From positions 124,001-188,000 of the forward strand of contig JAAILG010000014.1 in NCBI GenBank assembly GCA_012026655.1: a DNA stretch of 64,000 nt, read 5' to 3'. How positions within the stretch are numbered: the first letter of the stretch is position 1; the number at the start of each line of letters is the position of its first letter. Below, in pieces: positions 1-13,074 of this stretch. Made by a program: the position numbers and the translations under genes. The stretch is from Hydrolagus affinis (lineage: Eukaryota). The notes beneath the pieces were generated by a model. That model made no database searches, was not told the origin of the DNA, and worked only from the letters and a program-made list of their open reading frames with translations.

Positions 1-376
1 TGACGGCAGACTGGTTTGTTTGGATGAGGGTGAAATATTTTGGCAGGGACACCGAGGGAAACTCCTTCCCTACAATAAAGCAATATTTTCATAATTTTTA
101 TCATACATTTTATCTTGCACTTTGTTTCACAAAAACAACTATATTTTCTTTGTGTATCTGCTTCAAAAGGACAGACACTTGGCCAGTTTTTGGGCATGTC
201 ACCAATTCTTCTCGGGTGGAGGGCTTTTGGGATTGAATCTCCCATTGTCCAGGCTGATAAACTATTACTGTGCTGTGGGAGTGTTCCACAATGGAATGGA
301 TTCATACAATTCCGAAATGGATTGCTTCTGTAATGGGAAGATGGGATGGGATATGTTGGGTTGATATTGGGTGCTT

Positions 377-617
377 GAGTCCTGTAGCTCAGTGGTTAGA
401 GCACTCGCCTTACAAACGAGAGACCTGGGTTCAAATCCAGGCAGGGCAAAACCTTGGGGAAGTTTCCTTACTCTACACCCCTAATAATAATCCCTCGAAA
501 AAAACAATAATAAATTGGTCATTTCAATCCACGACTGTTTGTGGGACAATGCTGTGCGCAATTGGCTGCTGTATTTCGCCCACATACAGTCATTCACTTT
601 ACAGTCAATTCACTTAT
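377..617 (+). mobile_element. tRNA-head Deu-type SINE, short (internally deleted) form, 3' truncated
   Basis: A box TAGCTCAGTGG, B box GGTTCAAATCC, then ACCTTGGGAAGTTTCCTTACTC and the body GACTGTTTGTGGGACA..GCTGTGCGCAATTGGCTGC shared by many copies in the window. Confidence 0.85.
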
Positions 618-1039
618 TTATTTACTAGGATTATTAGTATTATTATGGATGGATGAGGAAGGTTGCAAAATTTGGAATGTGCTGCCTTAGAAGCCTGTGA
701 GACTATTGGCAAAGGAGATAAGTAAATCATTAGAAAGCAAGGTATGAGAGGTTCGGGGAAAAGAGATTTATAAATCTGCCTTGGCAGAACAGGCTCAGTG
801 AGCTAAACAGCCTCCTTGTGTTCCTAATGATAATAATCCTTGCATTTGATTTAACATCTTACCACATCATTGATCTGTTTCAAAGCTTCACAAAATATAT
901 TATATTGTGGATTGACTGTGTATTTTCAAAGCAAAACATGACAACCAATTGTGCACATCAGTTTCCATTGTACATCGAGTGGAGAAATTTTGGTTTGTTA
1001 TTTTGGAGGGTTTATTTTTTATAATTTAAATAATAATAT

Positions 1040-1366
1040 AATAATAATACTTGCATTTGATAGGATTTTCATGTCTTCTAGACGTCTTTTCATGTCTTCT
1101 AGACATCTCAAAGCACTTCACAGAATAAACTGTAAAGTGAATCGACTGTACATTTGTGGGTGAAATACGGCAGCCAATTGGGCACAGCAGTGTCCCACAA
1201 ACAGTTCTGGATTGAAATGACCAATGTGTTACAGATTTTTTTTTTGACGGATTATGATTAGGCATGTGGAGTAAGGAAAGTTCCCCAAGGTTTCACCCTG
1301 CCTGGATTCGAATACAGGTCTCATGCTTGTAAAGCGAGTGCTCTAACCACTGAGCTGCAGGACTTC
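1040..1366 (-). mobile_element. tRNA-head Deu-type SINE, short form, full length
   Basis: Reverse complement of the same head, body and tail, ending in (TAT)n. Contains a 21-bp tandem duplication at 1066-1107. Confidence 0.85.
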
Positions 1367-2069
1367 AAGAAGGGATCTGCCAATTGATTAACAACTGCTA
1401 TGTAAATCGAAGCGTGTGGAGTAAGGAAACTTGCTAAAGGTTTTGTCCTTAAATTAGATGGGCTAAGTGATCTTCTTTATCCCTGTTCCTCTTGCAATGG
1501 TGTGAACAAACTAGTGCTTTAAGGGTTAAATACCTGCAATACAAGTTATACTGAACTGAGTTCTCATTGTTATAGGATCTGGATTAGACACACTGTTCCC
1601 TATTGAAGTCCATGTAGACATACAATAAAAAAAAGCCTCCACTGTTTAACAATTTATATCTGGTAAATAATAGATAGATTGGAGCACAGTGACCAACACA
1701 TCATGGCATCGCTGGCCCTCAGCCACACTCAACTAGCCTGGGGCAGAGTAGAGAGAAAATAAACATTCCACATTATTTTTTGCCTGATTGAAAATAAGCT
1801 CTGTCTCCCTCTTTAATATTACCAAAAATGAATCCTAAAGCAAGCTGGATATCAGAGGAGACTAAAAAACCTTCATCACTGTGTGTTGCCTGGAACAATA
1901 CATGGGTGGACACTTCAGACTGTAATTCAATCAGCCATTTCTGGGCGATTTAGTCTCTGGTGTAATATGAGCCTTCAATTCATGGAGAATCTTGTAACTC
2001 CCTCCCACATATGGGTAATGTGATATTCCAGTATTTTGAGGCACCCTTAATGCATTGATCCCTATTGAA

Positions 2070-2407
2070 CAATAATAATATTTGCACATAGCACCCTATC
2101 ATGTCTTTGAGATATCCCAAAGTGCTTCACAGAATATACTGTATATTTTGTGGTAGAATTAGGGCAGCCAATTGTGCACAGTAGTGTCCCACAAACAGTC
2201 CTGAGTGATCAAATTATTATTACCTTAACTCATTATTATTTTTTGAAGAGATGATTACCTCAGAAAAGTGACCTGCCAATCGACTAACAACTGTGTTCCG
2301 ACTTAACTGCTGGGTAAGCAGAGATGTGTGGCATAAGCAAACTTCCCAAAGGTTTTGCCCCACCTGGGAATCGAACACGGCTCCTAACCACTATGCTACA
2401 GGACCCC
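2070..2407 (-). mobile_element. tRNA-head Deu-type SINE, long form
   Basis: Head, extra middle segment (CCCAGCAGTTAAGTCGGAACA on the - strand), body and L2-like tail. Confidence 0.8.
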
Positions 2408-2444
2408 ATAGTTTGGGATCTCTGCTACAATTCCAGCGTTTAGG

Positions 2445-2846
2445 TATGAGCCTGGCTCCATTGATAGCACTCCACCCTCAACCTGCACATCATAGCTTTT
2501 ATCTTACAATTAGGCTGACACTCCAGTGCAGTGCTGGGATACTATGCATCGTTGGAGGTACCATTCTTCGGATGAGACATTAAGCCAGAGGACACATCTG
2601 CCTGTTCAGGTGGATGTTAAAGTTCACAAGGCACATATTGAAAAGAGAAGCGAGTTTCTCATGGTATCTTCATTGATAATCTCTCAAATAAAATTGGTCA
2701 CTCACTTTGTGGCTGTTTATGGGATATTGCGGCTTGCAAATGGGTTGCCATGTTCAGCTCAAAAGTCACTGCAGTTTCTAGTGAGTTCCTGAGAAAATCA
2801 GCCTAATTTGAAAGGCACCTCATCAAATGCAAGGATTATTATTATT
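2445..2846 (+). mobile_element. Older SacSINE1-like DeuSINE
   Basis: GGCTGACACTCCAGTGCAGTGCTG...GGATGAGACATTAA...CAGGTGGATGTTAAAG...GGCTGTTTATGGGA...AAATGCAAGGATTATT matches the recalled shark DeuSINE layout. Confidence 0.75.
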
Positions 2847-3410
2847 TTAACTGTAATTTAGTGGAAAAAAAGGAATCAAATCGCTTCCAAAACAGGAGGA
2901 AAGGAGCAAGGATATTGGGGGAGGGTGGAGAACAGAGTTGCATTTAATGTGAAAGACTAACTCATAATTAGTCATGCTTATCTGCCAATTGTTTAAATTG
3001 GAGCTGGGCTCAATGTTTTGACTCTGTGAGGCATAACAGAGCTGTAACAGAGAGGCCAGTCACACCCGGGCCCATGTACACACCATTCAGTGGCTAACAC
3101 AGTCAGGCATTTGCACACAGGGTTCACAGCACGCCTGGAAACTGCCCTCGTGTGTTTTGTGGTAATTGCACCGCAGATACAACCGCTCGGCAGACAGCAG
3201 TTTGCAGGAGAAATCAGCCTGCACAACGTGCAGCATTGTGCTTCATAATGATAACAACAATAATAAATAGTCATTGCTTTGATGTACTGCCTTATCATAT
3301 TGTTAAGATGCCTCAAAGCGCTTCACAAAATAATAACAATTCTTGTGTTTGGTATACATTATAAATATAGAACACATTGCAAAGCAGATTGCAAAGTGGA
3401 TTGGCTGTAT

Positions 3411-3640
3411 GCTTCAGCCACTACGCCCCGAGGCTCTGAAACTCCCTCCCTCACTCTCTTCGCCTCGCCCCCTCTTTTCTTATTTTTAGGTCATGCCTGA
3501 AGACTTTTCTTTTCAACCGCACTTTTGGTCACCTTTTTCCCCCTCCTCCTAGCTCCACCCCGGGATCTGCTTTGTGTAAGTGCTCTGAGATGCTGTCTGG
3601 CGTGGAGGGCTCTATATAAATCCGAGTTGTTATTGTTGTT
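3411..3640 (+). mobile_element. L2 LINE 3' end nested inside a minus-strand SINE (about 3255-3810)
   Basis: Degenerate L2 ORF2 C-terminus (FSHYAPRL*NSLPHSLRLAP...LKTFLF) and tail GCTCTATATAAATCCGAGTTG(TTG)n. The host SINE resumes at TTTGTGGGCAAAAC. Confidence 0.75.
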
Positions 3641-5137
3641 TTGTGGGCAAAACACAGCAACCAATTGCGCACAGCAGTGTCCCAAAAATAATCATGGATT
3701 GAGTGATCAAATTATTATTATTTATTATATATTTGGGGAGGGATTATTATCCTCAGAAAGCGATCACCAATTGACAAACAACTGAGTTCCGACTTACTAC
3801 CAGGTCAGGACACCAGGAGAAGCTCCCTTCTCTTCTTAAAGTGCGTCATGGAATCTTAACAGCCATGAAACATCCATCGTTCAGAGAAAACAGGACTTTG
3901 GTTTAAAATGTCAACTGTAGCAAGGCATTCACTGAAAATGCAGAACTCCCCTAGCATTGCATTGGGGTGGCAGCATGGTTTCTGAACACTTTGAGGCATG
4001 AGGATGTTATAGACACTGTATCAAATAGAAGAATTTGGAACAGTTATCATGACAGTTTATGCTGTTTGCTGTGAGAGTCATGGTCATGGTTATTGCTGAC
4101 AACTGTGAATATGCATTACCTCACATTTATAAAGTCCCGACATCCAGTGATAGGAGCAGCAAGTCTCTACCCCAAATCAGAAGAAGCTTTCTGCGGGTTC
4201 AGATAGTCATACAATCATAACAGAAATTAACAATCATACAGAAATTTCAGGACAGAAACTTTAATTCTAACCCGTTAAAAAGAGAAGGAAAAACACCTAT
4301 TAAAAGGCTTACTTATGAATTGGGAAAGGCTAACCTTTGAGATAACTTTTGCCGCTGCACATGTTAAAAATCAATTAAATTATAATAGAGATAGGGTTTC
4401 AATTTGATTCACATTGTTGCTTATTTTTCGGGAGGCTTTCCTGCTAAAACAAAACTGGCAGTGGATGAAGGGTTATGCCGGTTTGTTGTCAATTCGCCAA
4501 TGATGTTAGGAGGGCTGTTTACTAAGAAGCCATTAATGCTTACAACAAGCAATTTATTGCCCTGAGGGGATGGAGCTGTGCGAGTAAGCATCTCAGGCCG
4601 GTGGTGGAGTAAACAAAGTCTCCTTGTTGATTCGATCACAATGCTGGGTTAGAAGCAAACACCGATATCAATTGTTAAACCGTCACTTTCAATTTGAGAA
4701 CATGAAATGCTGGGAATCAGAGATCTGCCAGGACCTCACACCAATTATCCATTTCTTATGTGGACTCAAGACAATGGGGTTACAGCCTTGGAATATTCCC
4801 AATGTTGACTAGTTCGCCCACAAAATACACAGTCACTACACTTTACAGTATATTCTGTGAAGAGCTTTGATTCGTCTCAATGATGTGATAAGGCGCTATA
4901 TCAAATGCAAGATTATTATTATGGGAATATGAATTACACAGACATGCCAGAGGAGGGCGCCACTTCCCGACACCTCTCAATCCCAATGTCCGTCAGGTTG
5001 ATCACAGTTTCTTTCTGGACAGTGGATTTACCCTCTGGGTCATTGTGAGCCATTTGTGTCCTCTGCCTGTGGACATACATTTGGAAAAACTGGAATTATC
5101 CCCCAAAATTGTCACATTATAACAATAATAATCCTTT

Positions 5138-5220
5138 CAGCGCCTTGGGACGTCCTTTCAGCGCCTTGGGACGTCCTCCCGACGTGAAAGGCGCTCTATA
5201 AATGTAATTTGTTGTTGTTA
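5138..5220 (+). mobile_element. Short L2-type 3' tail with a 21-bp tandem duplication
   Basis: CAGCGCCTTGGGACGTCC(TTTCAGCGCCTTGGGACGTCC)TCCCGACGTGAAAGGCGCTCTATAAATGTAATTTG(TTG)n. The same tail recurs at about 8950-9017(-), 22960-23015, 35040-35095(-), 41142-41192 and 44310-44371(-). Confidence 0.75.
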
Positions 5221-8200
5221 TGTTTGATATAGTACCTGGAGGGTGCCACAAACCGCTTCACGGGAATTAATGCAAAATTGAGTGACTGGGTATTTTTGTG
5301 GACGTAAACGGCAGCATCTCCTCACGAGCAGCTATGAAGCAAATGAGTGATTTTATTTGTATTTGCTCTATTGTTGACTGGAACATGAGGAGAAACCCTT
5401 TGTTTTTTGTAATGTACCATTCAAATTGACACACCTTACCTCCTCCCTTCACCCGCCTTCCCCAGACAGATTCTTCAGTTATAGAAGAATCCCACATCCC
5501 ACAGGTCTGTGCATCGATCACTATGTTCCATTTGGCTGGTCACACAGAACTGGGAAACCCCGATACTGTATCACAGTTTCCAATATAATCCTGCCAAATT
5601 TGGACCAATATTGTCTGGACACAAAAAACATTTGCCTTTCAATATTGACTAGCCAGAACCCTCTCTGAAAGTTGTCCAATTTCCAGATAATTAGGTCCCC
5701 CATTAATGTCAATCCCTGTGAACTGAAGAAGATCATTTCCTGCAACATGAAACGCTCACTTCTGGCAGTGCCTGACTGACACCAGTTACTGGTTGCGCGT
5801 GCAATGATGAGTGGACCGTTTTTATCAAGAGACTCCTCTAACCTCACCTGCTGAATGCTACGCACACGAAGCGACATCAACAGAGCTTCCCGCGCAAAAC
5901 CAGCACTGGAAGCTCTTTTGTCTCTGCAACCATCTGATATCCTGGAAGTTGTCCATTTGTCTCACAATATAAGAGCCTCATTTAAAATATGGCTGTCATG
6001 ACACTGAACTCAGTGACCGAGCAAAAACAAAGTTTCTCTGTAAAATTTAAATCATCCCACACATCTCTCCCCCTTAACCACAACAAAAACATCTTGCGTT
6101 TATCTTGCACTCTTCCCACGCAGTAGCATTCCGGAGCGCTCTTATATCATTCAATCAAATTCCCACCAAAGAGTGGTCTAATTCCTTCTGAACCCCGCAA
6201 CCAACAAAAACTTTCGTTGATACAGAATTGTTTATGAGGTGTAGCATCTCGGATGTTGAATATAAATTCAACATGAAACAATATCGTTTATCACTCAACA
6301 CAACTGTCTTAGTATCTTTTGTGTTCGAGTGAGAAACGTGAAAAACTCATCTTCAAACAATTGATTTAGAAGTGTAATCTTCTAAATATCTAATATAGCA
6401 TTTTCAGGGTGTCTCAACATTGCTTCACAGGTTAGACTGTAACATACAACACTTGTGAATTGTGAATTATATTTTGCAGGACGAACACCTTGAGCGTGAA
6501 TCGGTGAAGTAAGTGGCGATGCATTAGGAGTGAAGAGCACACTTACAAGATAAAGGCGACAGTCTCGATAATCCCGCATTCCACACGACCATCGGGCAAA
6601 GGGTCAGGGACTGGAGCAGGAACAGAATACAGTGGAGGAACGGTTGCCATGGCGTGGGTGGGGGGTGACAAGTGAATTGGTGGAATGTCAATTATCTGAT
6701 AATTGTTCTCTCTTCCCCCCCAGAGCATCGTGGTGGACACTGCGCGCTCCACCCTGGAGCTTTGATCAGAAACTGTGTGATTCGTGCGTGTGGAGCTTGA
6801 CCCACCATAAGGCATGCACAAGTGGCCAGGACTCAATGGACACTGGGGGGGGAACAAAGACAGAGTTCCATAAGCAGTAGGGAAGGGAGTACATTTTTCA
6901 TAGCTATTGTCTATCTGCTGACAGTTCATTAAAGACAGCACCCAATAAATGCACTTGCAGAATCGTTCATTCTTAAAGGGGAGGGAGATTTCCTGAAGTG
7001 CTCAGTTACATCCTTACCTCCTTGTAAAGTCAACATATCCTTTCAGCCTTTCTTGCCCTCATTGGCAAACCAATCCTGCTGTGTTGGCTCTCTACTTAAT
7101 GTCCTCCCACTTTTTTTTGTGGTCTCTTCTCACCCTATGTTCCTTCCTCTCTGGGTGGTGAGCACACTCTTATCTTGAATAAAAAAAAGACTGACTTTTA
7201 TGACAATAAAAGAAAGAGTTTGCTCAGTGGCAACTGCCTCAGTCCCCATATTAAATCTGTTAATGGCTATTTTTCCCCCAATTCTCCACTGATGAACATC
7301 AAATATTTATGTTCCGAGGCAACGTTGAAGGCTGTTCACAGAGTACACCTGCTGTTAGAAGCAACAGTTTGCCCTCCTCCCCCTGTTCCTCAGTGAGTAT
7401 ATCAAAGACGACTTTACTGTAGGAATTTGCACCCTGCTGTAGGAATCCCTCTCTCAAAGCAGCCGAAGGCTCCCGCACTCTTACCTCCCATTGAAACACT
7501 CTTAGCAAGCGATTCCTGCTGCACAGTATATAGTACTTTAGGCTTAATTAATGTCCTAGTACAGCCTGTGGTCTTAATTAAGAAGTAATTAACATGAAAT
7601 GGGCCAAGATTAGATCTCGCTTAAAGAAGTACTGTAGGATAACGCCCTTACAGAAATCACCGTCATTTAGTGCTGCAGCTTAAAAGGGTGGGTCTTTGCT
7701 GTCGGTTTGTGTTATGTAGGATTAAAAGGTGCTTACATTTAACCTTTGGCAGTCTAGTTTTAGGATTTATACAAATGTAATTTTGTTGTTGTTGTTGTCA
7801 TGAGGACACACCTCTACGCACACAAGCATACCTACCCCACCCCACTCTTTGGTGAATGAATATGGCCAAAATTCTCAACTTCACAATGGGACCATTGGTG
7901 AGGTGATGTATTAAGAGAACAGGGCAAAGGATTAAAGGGCTTCTTCCAATGACGCCTTCAGCTGCTGGCAGCCATTCGCTTCCCCTGCAGTGTTTTGATA
8001 ACAAAGCTATGGAGTCTACTGTGAGACAGAAAGTCAAGGCCCATCTCTTTGACTGCACTTACAGTCATCCCCACCTCCAGCATTGTTGTTAAACCAGGAT
8101 TGTTAAGTAGGATGTCCTTCTGATGTGAATGATGCTGTATAACTCCAAATTTCCATTGTATTCTGCAGAGTATTAAATTGCTGATTCCTAGTGCTCACTG

Positions 8201-8657
8201 GGTAAACATGAATGTTTTCTGAAGCCCGATAATCACTAGTGGAATTTCTTACTGAGAACTCCAATTCCCAAATGGGGAAATTCCATTCTGTAACTGGCAA
8301 AATGTTATGGAGTCGCTGAAGACATAGACCTTGCAGATCAATTGGTAACACGTTTCTCATTTCCAGGAAGAAACCTTGTTCAACGCCTCAGAGTCCTTAA
8401 GAAATCACATTAGGAATCATTGCATTTGACCCGCTCCATTTTCAAAACCTTTAACCCATTTCTTTGGATACTTCCTTCCAATCCTGTCCACCATACACAT
8501 CTGTCACTTTATTCAGGCTACTACGCAATCTTAAGCATCTTGAGAGATTTAACTACATGCTACAAACAACATACCAAAAACTTGGATTCACATTGCGACC
8601 TTCACATAGGATAACAGCCCAGAAAACTTGAAAGTATTAGGTGCAAGCCTAATACTC

Positions 8658-8850
8658 TTGGTGAGAGCCAAGGTTTGGGGACCCCAGAGTGCAAATCAAA
8701 ATAACCACAGGAGTTTAACCAGGTAAAACCACATCTCTTGCCATTGAGAGTAATGTCAAACAAGCTTCTTGCTGCTTATCTAGTGAGGAGCACGCTGTAA
8801 GGCATTGACTTGAAGAGTTAACAGGAGCCGAGTGGGAAGACTTCCTGCTT
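8658..8850 (-). repeat. Unclassified dispersed repeat, family X, copy 1
   Basis: Reverse complement TTCCCACTCGGCTCCTGTTAAC...CAATGGCAAGAGATGTGGTTTTA...TGCACTCTGGGGTCCCCAAACCTTGGCTCT aligns to 14765-14926 and 19709-19870. Confidence 0.7.
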
Positions 8851-9693
8851 CTAAAGGTCCTTCCAATGAGCTAGGCTGGTTAATCTGTCATTAGCGATTC
8901 CTTGGACTCCTATGGACCTGTATGGCTTTAGAACTGAAATACTCAGATTACAACAACAACAAAATTACATTTGTATAGCGCCTTTCACGACAGGAGGATG
9001 TCCCAAGGCATTGGACAGTCAGATGAACATTGAGTTAACTTGATCCCAATGCTAAACCCCTCGCTTATCTCCCGCCCCTCTACCCTCCGCTAACAAGGAG
9101 GATTACAGACCATCATGAGTTGATTTGATAAGAAAGGGGACTGAGACCGAGCCACATTGCAGGTGCCTCGTCCGTTCAATTAAGAGGAAACATGCTGCGG
9201 AAGCTTTCTGCACACTGAATTGTGAGATCAATTGAGATCAATTTCTACAAAAGGTTTCAACTTGTGTTGCCAATAATAATCTTTGTTAAGTGTTTCTGAC
9301 AAATACGCAACACACAAAGAATTTATTTCCCTCTTGCTGAAACTAAGTTCCAGTCAGATGAAACTGAGCACCAGAGGAGATGGATAGGAGCAGCTGCCAG
9401 AGCAGACATATGAAAGCTCTCAATCCATTGTATTCACATTGGGACATAGTTAGGGATTCTTACAGAGTGTGGACTTTGTAGTCATGTTATGTGCAGTGCT
9501 ATTAGGCAATACATTGTTGACTTTTTGAAATGGAATTAGATTTCAAGAGTTCATGAAGACAAATTTAATAAGTCTCAAGGAAGACTTCAGATTAAAGGAA
9601 TTTGTTCTTTCCTCATGAGTGTATGGGGCAGACTCCCAGCAAATACTGTTTCAATCAACACTTCACAAACAAAGAGCTGGACTTGGGCTTTAA

Positions 9694-9862
9694 TCAGCCG
9701 GGTGTCTGACACACGCGGAAACCCATCACCATGCCTAAGATTATTCAAACCAGACTGAGCGTTCCATGCATTCTACCTACACATGGAAATTTCCATGTTT
9801 GGAGTGAAACATGTACTCTCTCCTTGAGAGACACATACTGCTTCCAAATTCTGGAGAGTATT
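9694..9862 (+). repeat. Unclassified dispersed repeat, family Y, copy 1, with central palindrome
   Basis: CCATCACCATGCCTAAGATTATTCAAACCAGA...ACTCTCTCCTTGAGAGACACATACTGCTT aligns to the reverse complement of 25600-25780. Perfect palindrome ACATGGAAATTTCCATGT at 9781-9798. Confidence 0.65.
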
Positions 9863-10069
9863 AGGCACATGGTTAGCAAGGCTAGCAGACCCCTAAGTGG
9901 AAATTGGGAGTACTGTTCTAATTTAACCAGTTAAAACTCCGTAGATTGCCACTGGATGAACGTTGAAGTAGGATGTGGCACAAGGTGAGCAGAAATGATG
10001 ATTGGTTCGGATGAAGAACCGTTTGATCTCATCCATCCAGAACACCCATCAACAGCACCAAGGTTTTAC

Positions 10070-10345
10070 TTCAATAATTCCCAGTGCCCTGAACTTAAGC
10101 TGCCTTCTTATTCCAGCTGTTGATTCTTCTCTGAGAAAAGAAATACTTCTTAGTGTCTGTCCTAAAATTGCCCTAAGCAACCCTGAACCTGTGACCTCTT
10201 GGCCTGCTGATGGGCTATTTGAAAGTGTTATTTTGGCCTTACATTCTTCATCCTATTTAGCATCATCTTTTGTACGAACTTTGTTAAGGTCCTCCCTGAA
10301 ATATCTAGCTATCCAGTTATTCCCCATAGGTCATAGCCACATTGC
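10070..10345 (-). mobile_element. Old CR1/L3-like LINE 3' fragment
   Basis: Degenerate antisense CR1 3' region (AAATACTTCTTAGTGTCTGTCCTAAA...CTGAACCTGTGACCTCTTG...AAGGTCC). Similar fragments lie at about 39420-39640 and 56600-56780. Confidence 0.5.
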
Positions 10346-10627
10346 TCTCTTTTGCATACACTTTGGGGCCTAGTTAGCCAACAAGTCTCGGAACTTTGAC
10401 AGTTTTGTGGCATTTTCATGTGTTTTGATTCATTTCCCCCAAATGCCATTAAACATTTTAAGAGACCAGAAATATGGGCAAACCTTCAGAAGTTTCAACA
10501 AGGCCAGAGAGGAATTCACGTGTGCACAAGGTCCCTTTAAGTGATGTGGGTACTGATAGCTGCAAAGCTGATTGTTAGCAACAGTCACTTGTTCTTCCAA
10601 TTCTAGCCTATCCTATTTTATTCAGTT

Positions 10628-11070
10628 GTCAGCCTGGCTCAGTCGGTAGCACTCTCATCTCTGAATCAGTGCTCCTGGACACTGCCCTGGATGAGAGGCA
10701 CTATATAAATTAATTTTATTGTACTTGTTGTTGTCAAAAGATTGTGGGTTCAAGCTCCAAGTTGGCTTTTTGAGCTCAGAGTCAAGGCTGCCACTTCAAT
10801 ACATTGCAGAAGGTATCGGTCCTTTGGATGGGACATTTAACCAAGGTCTTGTTCACTCACTGCTATTCTAAAAAAGAAGTGAGTGTCTCCAGCTGTCTGG
10901 ACAACAATCCCACAAATAAAATTGGTCATTTATTCTTCGTCCGTTTGTGGAACATTGCTGAATGTAAACAGGCTGCCCTTGCAAAATGCAGAGTCGCGAT
11001 ACTATACAGTGAATCCTTTGAGGCATCCTCTTGTGATGAAAAGCACTATCCCAAATACAAGGATAGTTAT
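10628..11070 (+). mobile_element. Older SacSINE1-like DeuSINE with an L2-type tail inserted in its head
   Basis: GTCAGCCTGGCTCAGTCGGTAGCACTCTC..TCTGAATCAG, an insert at about 10670-10732 ending (TTG)n, then AAGATTGTGGGTTCAAG, body and tail. Confidence 0.7.
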
Positions 11071-13074
11071 CAATATTATAACAACAAACTATATACATGC
11101 CAAGTCAGGGTCATACTCAACAAAAACCTTGACTTGGCCTCCTCCAGCAGACCTTGCTATGTGGACAGCCAAGCAATGAGCACATCAAATAAATCATAAC
11201 ACAACACACCTTCAGCTTTAACTAACCTATTTACTACGAGTTTATGCATCATTGCATTTGGCAGCAAAACACACGAAGGAAAAGCAAGTGCTTGTGTGTG
11301 GTCTGTTTTGAATCAGCTAATCCAAGCCAGGCAATGGTCCTGGTTGGATTCAATGTCCCTAGGCTTGGAAGGCAAATGGGATCCCTGACATGGAGGGGTC
11401 CTATTCTTGACCACTATCCAGTGACTAGCACCCCTCACTCTCATCACCCACATTCCCCTCAATCTGTTGGAAAACATTAATTAATGTGGAAGTCAAATAA
11501 GTGTGCTGCATTCATAGCAATGGTCACTAATCTGCCAAAATTCACCAGGTGGAAATTGGCCGCTGGGACTTTGAGCTCACAGTTTAAGCTGGCACTCCAA
11601 TGCAGTGCTAGGGGGAGTATATTATTGTCGGAGGTGACATCCTTAGGATAAGATGCTAAAGCAAGCTCCTGTCTCTTTCTGTTCATATAGTTGTAGATGT
11701 TCAAACTTCCGTTTAAAAGATAAGGGAGTTTCTCCCAATGTCTTAGCCGACAATTCCACACATAAAATTGGTCATTCACATGACTGTTTTTGGGACATTG
11801 CAATATGTAAGATGCAAATTGGCTGCCTGATTGCCTCTAAAATAAACAAAGCGTAAAACATCATGTGAAGCGCTTTGAGGTAGCAAAAGAAGAAATCTCA
11901 AAATACTATACAGTACTACTAATCTGTAAAGCACAAAACTTCAATGGTGAAACTGAAGTCACAAAGCACCAAAGTATTATAACTTGATGTGAAATGTTTA
12001 AGATAGAACACTGCATTAGTCAAAAATGTTGGGTTAATAACTTCAGATGTTATACTCGCCTAACAGAGAGAAAATGAAGTGTGTTTCACCTCTACGGGAG
12101 AGCACAGTCTGCTATTTTAGAAACAATTAGCCAATTTGACAGGTTTCTCATTTCATTAATAACAGATAGTTCCTGGGATTAAAGAGTTGAATATATGTGG
12201 AAAGCTAATCGACTGCAAATGTTCAACTGTCGTTCGAAAGCTTGAGGCTAGACTGAAATGCAGCTACAATCATTCTTTGTCAGTATTACTACTAATTTCA
12301 GTCATTACTAATGGTAATTTGGCTCCTGACCAGATTCTGTGAAAGAAAGTCTCCACTTTTGATGGTCAAAGTTTCTTTCACCATAAATTGGTTTCATACA
12401 CAATATCTCTATGGTTCTTGAAAATAGTCCCTTAAAAATCGAAGTTTAAAAACAAAGTCGAGTTGGATCAATTACATCTACAACATAAAAGGTAATGGCA
12501 ACATGATGGGAGCAATAGTATGAGCCAGGAGGAGGAAGGAGGGATGTTGTGTAGACTTTTCTTACGTCCCAGTGTGCTTGTTTAAATATCTTTGTCAATC
12601 CAATTCATAAATCTTTCCTTCAAAGAAAAATTCAATGGAAAGTCTTCCGCAGTCAAATATGCTTTGATTATTACTTTGTGATATCTGCAATTATTGTGAC
12701 ATTAGCTAGTGTTTCTGTCTTCAAAGTCAACTTCATGGAATGAATGTGATGCATCCATTGCATCTAGAATGATGATAATAACCTTCTATTTGACAGAGTA
12801 CCTTTCACATATGGAGGATGTTTCAAAACGTTTCACAGGATTCACTGTAAAGTAAAGTGACTGTGTATATTGTAGGCAAATGTGGCAGCTGGTTTGCGCA
12901 TAGCAATGTCCCATAAACAGCCATAAAGTGAACGATCCATTTTATCTGGGGGACTGTTGGCACTAGGAGAAAGAAACTCCCTTCTCCTTTAGAACAGCAT
13001 CATAGGGTCTTTGCAAAGTGATACCCAGAACAGGCAAATGGTAAATATTAATCATTTTGTATTAGAAATGTAGA

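Noticed and set aside
377-450. tRNA-like sequence with A and B boxes (also at 1295-1366, 18058-18150, 63460-63542 and elsewhere)
   Set aside because: Each runs into the same SINE body and tail and the copies are mutually diverged, so these are SINE heads rather than tRNA genes.
6480-6508. Possible 29-nt micro-exon (TTTTGCAG...GTAAGT)
   Set aside because: The splice signals look good, but I found no partner exons or recognisable peptide. It cannot be supported without RNA-seq.
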